Shown one piece after another: positions 55,754 through 64,000 of a DNA stretch of 64,000 nucleotides. The DNA is taken from contig OZ024763.1 of assembly GCA_964016885.1 (NCBI GenBank), positions 7,750,001 through 7,814,000 on the forward strand. The letters run 5' to 3'. The translations under genes were made by a program, and so were the position numbers. Under the pieces are notes generated by a model. It worked only from the letters and a program-made list of their open reading frames with translations, was not told where the DNA came from and ran no database searches. The stretch comes from Eledone cirrhosa (Eukaryota). Each line of letters opens with the position of its first letter. Position 1 is the first letter of the stretch.

Positions 55754-55837
55754 ATCTCCTAGAAACTGAGATATTAGCCGATGAAAACATCTCAATTCAG
55801 AAAGCCAAGATACTTTATTCTTCGTGTATGAATAAAA
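55754..55837 (+). CDS. Neprilysin-like M13 peptidase exon (DLLETEILADENISIQKAKILYSSCMNK)
   Basis: KAKxLYxSCMN motif; tttcag acceptor, gtaagt donor; phase consistent. Confidence 0.95.
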
Positions 55838-56249
55838 GTAAGTTATGGTGCTTCTCTTTTAAACTTTGTCCACTTCTCAAGAACACACCAAATAATTACA
55901 TTACAGAGCGTACTGGGTGTATTTTATCAATACACAAGCAATGCTGATGTGCTCCCAGTACACTCTGTAAAGTGGTAGTGCTGTTGCTGCGGAAAAATGC
56001 ACCCAGTACACTCTGTAAAATGGTGATGCTGATGGCAATGAGGATGATGATGATGATGATGATAATAATAATAACCAACATGTCAATGATGATAATGATG
56101 ATGATTATGATAATGATGATTATGATAAAGATGATGATGATGATAATGATGATACAGAATCACCAAAGTTTCTGTTGACTATATTACTATATAACTGTTT
56201 TATATAACTGTCTTTCATTTTTTATTTTGTTATTTTTTTTTTTATTCAG

Positions 56250-56452
56250 CTCAACTGGAAGATAGAGATTTAACTCCACTACAGATGTTTCTAGAAGAAC
56301 TTGGTGGCTGGCCTGTAGTTGACCAAAACTGGAATCAAAGTAGCTTTAACCTGTACAATTTGATGTCTAAACTACGCCTCTACAACAACAACATATTTGT
56401 ATATATGTGGGTTTCTACAGATGAGAAAAACTCCAGCACCAATATTATACAA
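56250..56452 (+). CDS. Neprilysin-like M13 peptidase exon (TQLEDRDLTPLQMFLEELGGWPVV...VSTDEKNSSTNIIQ)
   Basis: LGGWPV and D-x-KNS motifs; poly-T..cag acceptor, CAA|gtgaga donor. Confidence 0.96.
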
Positions 56453-56511
56453 GTGAGAAAATTACACATTCTTCAGCTGTTTGTAAACTGTTTGAGTATA
56501 TGTATGTGTGG

Positions 56512-57737
56512 GTGGAGTGGTGGAATGGTGGAATGGTGGAATGGAGGAATGGTGGAATGGAGTGATGGAGGGATGGAGGGATGGAGGATTGGTGGAATGG
56601 TGGAATGGAAGAATGGTGGAATGGTGGGATGGAGTGATGGAGGGATGGAGGGATGGAGGATTGGTGGAATGGTGGAATGGTGGAATGGAAGAATGGTGGA
56701 ATGGTGGGATGGAGTGATGGAGGAATGGAGGGATGGAGGGATGGCGGAATGGAGGGATGGTGGAATGGTGGAATGGAGGAATGGTGGAATGGTGGAATGG
56801 AGGAATGGTGGAATGGTGGAATGGAGTGATGGAGGGATGGAGGAATGGAGGGATGGTGGAATGGTGGAATGGTGGAATGGAGGAATGGTGGAATGGTGGA
56901 ATGGAGGAATGGTGGAATGGAGGAATGGAGGAATGGAGGGATGGAGGAATGGTGGAATGGTGGAATGGTGGAATGGTGGAATGGAGGAATGGTGGAATGG
57001 AGGGATGGAGGAATGGTGGAATGGTGGAATGGTGGAATGGAGGGATGGAGGGATGGAGGAATGGAGGAATGGAGGAATGGTGGAATGGAGGAATGGTGGA
57101 ATGGTGGAATGGAGGAATGGTGGAATGGTGGAATGGAGGAATGGTGGAATGGTGGAATGAAGGAATGGAGGAATGGTGGAATGGTGGAATGAAGGAATGG
57201 AGGAATGGAGGAATGGTGGAATGGAGGAATGGTGGAATGGAGGAATGGAGGAATGGTGGAATGGAGTGATGGAGGAATGGTGGAATGATGGAATGGAGGA
57301 ATGGTGGAATGGAGGGATGGAGGAATGGTGGAATGGAGGAATGGTGGAATGGTGGAATGGTGGAATGGAGGGATGGAGGAATGGAGGGATGGAGGAATGG
57401 AGGAATGGTGGAATGGAGGAATGGTGGAATGGAGGAATGGAGGAATGGTGGAATGGAGGAATGGAGGAATGGTGGAATGGTGGAATGAAGGAATGGAGGA
57501 ATGGAGGAATGGTGGAATGGAGGAATGGTGGAATGGAGGAATGGTGGAATGGAGGAATGGTGGAATGGTGGAATGGAGGAATGGAGGAATGGAGGAATGG
57601 TGGAATGGAGTGATGGAGGAATGGAGGAATGGTGGAATGGTGGAATGGGGTGATGGAGGGATGGAGGAATGGAGGAATGGTGGAATGGAGGGATGGTGGA
57701 ATGGTGGAATGGAGTGATGGAGGGATGGAGGAATGGA
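56512..57737. repeat. 8-bp GGAATGG(T/A) satellite, intronic
   Basis: Direct reading. Confidence 0.95.
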
Positions 57738-57777
57738 GCCACATTATGCTGTGTTTTATAGATGACTATCACCATAA

Positions 57778-57970
57778 TATTTGTTTCTATTTTTTGGCAC
57801 AAGGCTAGCAATTACCCAGCAGTGTATTACTGGTACTTTATTTTATTGACCCCGTAAGGATGAAAGACAAAGTTAATCTCGGCGGGATTTGAACTCAGAT
57901 CATAAAGGGACGTAACTCTATGCTCCAAACATGGTGTCCGACTCTCTAACGATACTGCCAATCCACCGCA
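57778..57970 (-). mobile_element. SINE family 1 copy
   Basis: Reverse-complement match, near full length. Confidence 0.85.
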
Positions 57971-58069
57971 CCATAATATTGTCAAATGTTTCTCTTTCAT
58001 TACTAGAACAAAAGGATGGTGAGGTTTGTCTATAAAACATAGTAATGAGGCTGTTTGCTTGCAAACAAA

Positions 58070-58188
58070 TCAAATATCCCACCGAGGTCAACTTTGCCTT
58101 TCATCCTTACGGGGTCGATAAAATAAAGTACCAGTAATGCACTGGGGCAATTGCTGGCCTTGTGCCTAAAGTAGAAACAATTATTATT
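58070..58188 (+). mobile_element. SINE family 1 copy, 5'-truncated
   Basis: Core match; inverted relative to 57778-57970. Confidence 0.8.
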
Positions 58189-58683
58189 TGATATAGATCA
58201 CATGACTACATCTTTATTTAATCTTCTCTCTCTCTCCTTTATTTAAACTTCTATTTTATTCAATTCTGTCTCTATCATTTTTAACTATCTATCTCTCTCT
58301 CTCTCTCTTCCTCTCTCTCTCTCTATCTATCTATCTATTTATCTCTCTCTCTCTCTTTCTACATATCTCTCTATATCTATCTACCTCTCTATCTATCTAT
58401 CAATCTCTCTCTCTCTCTCTATCTATCTATCTATTTATCTCTCTCTCTCTCTCTCTCTACATCTCTCTCTATATCTATCTACCTCTCTATCTATCTATCA
58501 TTCTCTCTCTCTCTCTCTCTACCTCTCTCTCTCTCTCTATCTATCTATTTATCTCTCTCTCTCTCTCTACATCTCTCTCTATATCTATCTACCTCTCTAT
58601 CTATCTATCATTCTCTCTCTCTCTCTCTACCTCTCTACCTCTCTCTATCTCTCTATCTACCTCTCTCTCTCTCTCTCCTTTAG

Positions 58684-58863
58684 ATTGATCAAGGTGACCT
58701 GGGAATGCCTTCAGCAGATTACTTCACCTTAAAGGAACACCAAGACAAACTGAACTCCTACAAGAAATTTGCTGTGAACGTAGCTGTGACATTAGGGGCC
58801 ACCCTTGCTGAGGCCCAGAAACAAATTGACGAAGCAATTAATCTTGAAATACAAATCGCAAAT
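58684..58863 (+). CDS. Neprilysin-like M13 peptidase exon (IDQGDLGMPSADYF...INLEIQIAN)
   Basis: IDQxxLGMP..DY and E-x-x-I-A-N motifs; cctttag acceptor, AAT|gtatct donor; phase 0. Confidence 0.95.
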
Positions 58864-58936
58864 GTATCTATTTCTATATTTTATCCTCTTTCCTATTGCT
58901 GTTGTTGTTGTTGTTGTTGTTGTGTGTGTCGCTTAA

Positions 58937-61168
58937 TGGGGTGGCGGAGGGGCTGTGATCTCCCTGAGTGGTGGAGGGGCTGTGATCTCCCTGAGTGGTG
59001 GAGGGGCTGTGATCTCCCTGAGTGGTGGAGGGGCTGTGATTTACCTGAGTGGTGGAGGGGCTGGGATTTACCTGAGTGGTGGAGGGGCTGTGATCTCCCT
59101 GAGTGGTGGAGGGGCTGTGATCTCCCTGAGTGGCGGAGGGGCTGTGATTTACCTGAGTGGTGGAGGGGCTGTGATATCCCTGAGTGGTGGAGAGGCTGTG
59201 ATCTACCTGGGGGGGTGGAGGGGCTGTGATTTACCTGAGTGGTGGAGGGGCTGTGATCTCCCTGAGTGGTGGAGGGGCTGTGATCTCCCTGAGTGGTGGA
59301 GGGGCTGTGATCTCCCTGAGTGGTGGAGGGGCTGTGATTTACCTGAGTGGTGGAGGGGCTGGGATTTACCTGAGTGGTGGAGGGGCTGTGATCTCCCTGA
59401 GTGGTGGAGGGGCTGTGATCTCCCTGAGTGGCGGAGGGGCTGTGATTTACCTGAGTGGTGGAGGGGCTGTGATATCCCTGAGTGGTGGAGGGGCTGTGAT
59501 CTACCTGGGGGGGTGGAGGGGCTGTGATTTACCTGAGTGGTGGAGGGGCTGTGATCTCCCTGAGTGGTGGAGGGGCTGTGATCTCCCTGAGTGGCGGAGG
59601 GGCTGTGATCTCCCTGAGTGGTGGAGGGGCTGTGATCTCCCTGAGTGGTGGAGGGGCTGTGATTTACCTGAGTGGTGGAGGGGCTGTGATATCCCTGAGT
59701 GGTGGAGGGGCTGTGATCTACCTGGGGGGTGGAGGGGCTGTGATTTACCTGAGTGGTGGAGGGGCTGTGATCTCCCTGAGTGGTGGAGGGGCTGTGATCT
59801 CCCTGAGTGGCGGAGGGGCTGTGATCTCCCTGAGTGGTGGAGGGGCTGTGATTTACCTGAGTGGTGGAGGGGCTGTGATTTACCTGAGTGGTGGAGGGGC
59901 TGTGATTTACCTGAGTGGTGGAGGGGCTGTGATATCCCTGAGTGGTGGAGGGGCTGTGATTTACCTGAGTGGTGGAGGGGCTGTGATCTACCTGAGTGGT
60001 GGAGGGGCTGTGATATCCCTGAGTGGTGGAGGGGCTGTGATCTACCTGGGGGGTGGAGGGGCTGTGATTTACCTGAGTGGTGGAGGGGCTGTGATTTACC
60101 TGAGTGGTGGAGGGGCTGTGATCTACCTGAGTGGTGGAGGGGCTGTGATCTACCTGAGTGGTGGAGGGGCTGTGATCTACCTGGGGGGGTGGAGGGGCTG
60201 TGATTTACCTGAGTGGTGGAGGGGCTGTGATCTACCTGAGTGGTGGAGGGGCTGTGATCTACCTGGGGGGTGGAGGGGCTGTGATCTACCTGGGGGGTGG
60301 AGGGGCTGTGATCTACCTGGGGGGTGGAGGGGCTGTGATTTACCTGAGTGGTGGAGGGGCTGTGATCTACCTGGGGGGTGGAGGGGCTGTGATCTACCTG
60401 GGGGGTGGAAGGGCTGTGATTTACCTGAGTGGTGGAGGGGCTGTGATCTACCTGAGTGGCGGAGGGGCTGTGATCTACCTGAGTGGCGGAGGGGCTGTGA
60501 TCTCCCTGGGGGGTGGAGGGGCTGTGATCTACCTGGGGGGTGGAGGGGCTGTGATCTACCTGGGGGGTGGAGGGGCTGTGATTTATCTGGGGGGTGGAGG
60601 GGCTGTGATCTCCCTGAGTGGTGGAGGGGCTGTGATCTCCCTGAGTGGTGGAGGGGCTGTGATCTACCTGAGTGGTGGAGGGGCTGTGACCTACCTGAGT
60701 GGTGGAGGGGCTGTGATCTACCTGGGGGGGTGGAGGGGCTGTGATCTACCTGGGGGGGTGGAGGGGCTGTGATCTACCTGGGGGGTGGAGGGGCTGTGAT
60801 CTACCTGGGGGGTGGAGGGGCTGTGATCTACCTGGGGGGTGGAGGGGCTGTGATCTACCTGGGGGGTGGAGGGGCTGTGATCTCCCTGAGTGGTGGAGGG
60901 GCTGTGATCTCCCTGGGTGGTGGAGGGGCTGTGATCTACCTGGGGGGGTGGAGGGGCTGTGACCTACCTGAGTGGCGGAGGGGCTGTGATCTCCCTGAGT
61001 GGTGGCGGGGCTGTGATCTCCCTGAGTGGTGGAGGGGCTGTGATCTCCCTGAGTGGTGGAGGGGCTGTGATCTCCCTGAGTGGTGGAGGGGCTGTGATCT
61101 ACCTGGGGGGTGGAGGGGCTGTGACCTACCTGAGTGGGGGAGGGGCTGGGATTTACCTGAGTGGTGGA
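58937..61168. repeat. 27-bp G-rich minisatellite, ~80 copies, intronic
   Basis: Unit gagtggtggaggggctgtgatctccct and variants. Confidence 0.95.
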
Positions 61169-61583
61169 GAATTGGCAGATCAATGTGCTCTGAGTTCAAA
61201 TCCTGCAGAGGTCAACTTTGCCATTCATCATCTCAAGGTCAAGCCGTTTTGACGGCTATATCTGGACTGAGTCCAAATATAGCCGTCCAAATGGCTTGAG
61301 CTCTGCCGTCAGGGTCCTGAACCTTTTCCTAGTACCCACTCTACTACCCAAAGTATCGAGTACTCTGGTGCAATTGTTTCCTTGAAGGGATCGGCATATA
61401 TATATATATATGCCAAAGCACTTCACTACTGGATAGATGTGCATGGTACTGGCATATCACAACGATTGCATAAGCATCTGATGAAGTCACATGAATAACC
61501 ATGTAACAGAAATATATATAATGCAATAAACAATTATGGTGATTTAATCCCGTCTTAACTACCATTATTTGATATATATATAT

Positions 61584-61710
61584 TGCCATTCTGAGTTCAA
61601 ATCCCGCCGAGGTTAACTTTGCCTTTCATCCTTACGGGGTCGATAAAATAAAGTACCAGTAATACACTGAGTAATTGCTGTCCTTGTGCCAAAAAGTAGA
61701 AACAATTATT
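61584..61710 (+). mobile_element. SINE family 1 copy, 5'-truncated
   Basis: Core match. Confidence 0.8.
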
Positions 61711-61711
61711 T

Positions 61712-61745
<34 letters not shown>

Positions 61746-62020
61746 TACACACACACACACACACATATATATATATGGAGGTGCGTGGCCTAGTGGTAAG
61801 AGTTGGGCTTACAACCATAACATTGTGGGTTTGATTCCTGTGTATTGTGTTCTTGAGCAAAACTCTTCATTTCACATTGCTGAAAATGAGTACCAGCAAT
61901 AGCTGGGGTGTTAACCCTGTGGTGGATATATATGCATGTGTGTGTGTATGTGTGTGTGTGTATGTGTGTTCCCTAAGTCCTATAATATCCAACTGGTTGA
62001 GAGTACCTTCCTATTTACAG

Positions 62021-62107
62021 ATCACAGAACCAAACGAAGGACGGCGAGATTATGAGAGCATGTACAAGAAATTCACAATTGAGGAACTGACGAATAAATT
62101 TCCTGAA
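62021..62107 (+). CDS. Neprilysin-like M13 peptidase exon (ITEPNEGRRDYESMYKKFTIEELTNKFPE)
   Basis: RRD..MY...TI.EL motif; tttacag acceptor, gtaagt donor; phase 0. Confidence 0.95.
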
Positions 62108-62780
62108 GTAAGTGGCACATCATTTATATTAGACAATATTGGGGATGGAGAGGGCCCAGGTCATGTGACCAGGTTAGTGGGGGTGAAGAGGGTCCAGGTC
62201 ATGTGACCAGGTTAGTGGTTGTGGAGAGAACTCGGGTCATGTGACCAGGTTAGTGGGGAAGGAGAGGGTCCAGATTGTGACAGACATGTCGAGTTTTTCT
62301 CTGACTTAGTAACACTTTTTCTTTATTGTCCTCATTCTTTCCTTTATAACTCCTCTTACCTTGACACTTTTAATCTTGTACGCATTGTAGGGCTTTCAAA
62401 TATTTAAACTTATTTAAATCTGTATTTTTATTTCATATATATATATATATAAGAAAAGGGAAGTAAGGTTCTATACTAAACAGTGGATATAGAGAAAAGG
62501 TGAAATTGGAAATATCATGGAAAATATACTTTAGGGTCTGTTTTTCATTTTTTTCCTTTCTTTGATTCATCAAAGTGACATTATTGAAAAAATAAGAGGG
62601 ACAATCCTTTTAAAAAAGTTTTATAATGTATATAAAGTATATATATATATATATATTATATATATGCTACAGGCGTGGAAAAATGGACGTTAAACGATGA
62701 TGATACATACATATTCTTGCTTTATAATTGTTGTGTTATTAAAACTGTTTGTTAGTTGTCTCCTCTTTTTCTTGTTACAG

Positions 62781-62914
62781 TTTGATTGGTTAAAGTATTT
62801 AAACGAGACATTTACTGCGGCCAATATCACTCTCACCAGTGAACAACCTGTCGTCATTTATGCTCTAGATTTTCTCACAAACCTGGTTCAAATCTTAAAA
62901 GTTACGCCGAAAAA
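62781..62914 (+). CDS. Neprilysin-like M13 peptidase exon (FDWLKYLNETF...LVQILKVTPK)
   Basis: FDWLxYL motif; ttgttacag acceptor, gtaagt donor; ends in phase 2. Confidence 0.95.
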
Positions 62915-63015
62915 GTAAGTCCCTTAAATTCTATAATTTTTTTGGTTACCTTATTTCTTTAAAAAATAATTTTTTATCGTAAAATATTATAAACACTACC
63001 TAGAACTTTCAAACA

Positions 63016-63186
63016 CAGTATTTCCCTGCGTCAAAGATGCTACTTTTTTCCTAAAATAAGTCTCAAAAATCTACCATGTGCCCTGGAGGGTATTTTTTTT
63101 CAAATTTTTGGTTGTCAAAATTAGGGTGTGTCCTCAAGGACGAAGCGTTTTCGATGATGAAGCGACTTTGGTGCTGGAAAATACGG
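63016..63186. mobile_element. Possible pogo/Tigger-like MITE
   Basis: cagtatttcc ... gaaaatacgg-ta terminal inverted motif. Confidence 0.4.
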
Positions 63187-63415
63187 TAATTTATTTTAAA
63201 TAATCAAGAATTTGGAGGGATTTAGTAAAATAATTTTCCCATTATTAAATTGGATGATGATGATGAGGATGGTGGTGGTGATGATGATGATAAGGTTGGT
63301 GGTAGTGGTGGCAGTGATGACGATGATGGTGGTGGTGGTGATGATGACAAGGTTGATGGTGGTGGTGGAAGTAATGATGATGATGTTACATCTTTCTATA
63401 TTTCTGTTTCTACAG

Positions 63416-63509
63416 GACTCTGGCCAACTATCTAGTGTGGAGGATTGTTATGAACAGGGTAAATAATTTACCCAAAAAATACAGAGACATGAAGAAAGAT
63501 TACCACGAG
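63416..63509 (+). CDS. Neprilysin-like M13 peptidase exon (KTLANYLVWRIVMNRVNNLPKKYRDMKKDYHE); gene continues beyond window
   Basis: TLANYLxWR motif; tttctacag acceptor, GAG|gtaacc donor; starts in phase 2. The HExxH catalytic exons are not in this window. Confidence 0.95.
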
Positions 63510-63734
63510 GTAACCCTAACTGGGCACATTTATTAAAGGGGTCTTATTTTCCTATTTGTTGTTAAGTCTGATTCTGTGATATACAGGTACAACTTATTGT
63601 TTTCACAGTTAGGTGGACTGGAGCAATGTGATATAAAGAGTCTTGTTCAAGGACACAATGCATCATCAGGAATTACGAACATGACCTTACAATTGAAAGC
63701 ACTTCATTTCATAACTTTCTAACTTCTCATTCTT

Positions 63735-63770
63735 TCTTCTGATGAAGGACTAGCATCCGAAACGTTAAGA
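63735..63770 (+). ncRNA. Minimal type I hammerhead-like motif
   Basis: TCTT-CTGATGA-A-GGA-ctagca-TCC-GAAA-CG-TT-AAGA. Confidence 0.68.
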
Positions 63771-64000
63771 CCCTCTTCCTGCTATTTCAAACGTTACGGT
63801 AATAACTAGAAATAACTGGTAATAACTGTTAATAACCAGAAAAAAACTAGAAATAACTGGTAATAACTGTTAATAACCAGAAAAAACTAGAAATAACTGT
63901 TAATAACCAGAAAAAACTAGAAATAACTGGTAATAACTGGTAATAACCAGAAAAAAAAACTAGAAATAACAAGAGATGAAGTTAAACAAACCATAAACAT

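Noticed and set aside
56462-57811. 449-aa and 423-aa Pro/His/Ser-rich ORFs
   Set aside because: They come from an 8-bp satellite in an intron.
58955-61299. ORFs of up to 406 aa with WWRGCDLPE / GGGAVIYLS repeats
   Set aside because: They come from a 27-bp minisatellite inside a phase-consistent intron of the peptidase gene.

Overview
Eukaryotic, AT-rich, microsatellite-saturated DNA. The SINE families suggest a coleoid cephalopod (Octopus-like); that assignment is an inference. Nearly all ORFs in the supplied track are translations of simple repeats. One real protein-coding gene is supported: a + strand M13 zinc metallopeptidase (neprilysin/ECE-like). Nine phase-consistent GT-AG exons were traced from 48516 to 63509, a probable first coding exon ends at 25748, and the gene continues past the window end. 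The rest is tRNA-derived SINEs, RTE/CR1/R4-like LINE fragments, MITEs, minisatellites and a ~3.5-kb tandem duplication (1.7-13.4 kb). The most striking unannotated signal is about 14 type I hammerhead-ribozyme-like motifs from several sequence families. Most sit in short elements embedded in (TA)n, and several lie in long head-to-head palindromes. Many have a non-Watson-Crick first pair in stem II (U.U or A.A), and three have 88-105 nt stem II domains. One lies downstream of a frameshifted Penelope-like endonuclease C-terminus, tying the set to Penelope-like retroelements. All folds were assigned by eye; no activity, search or computation was run.
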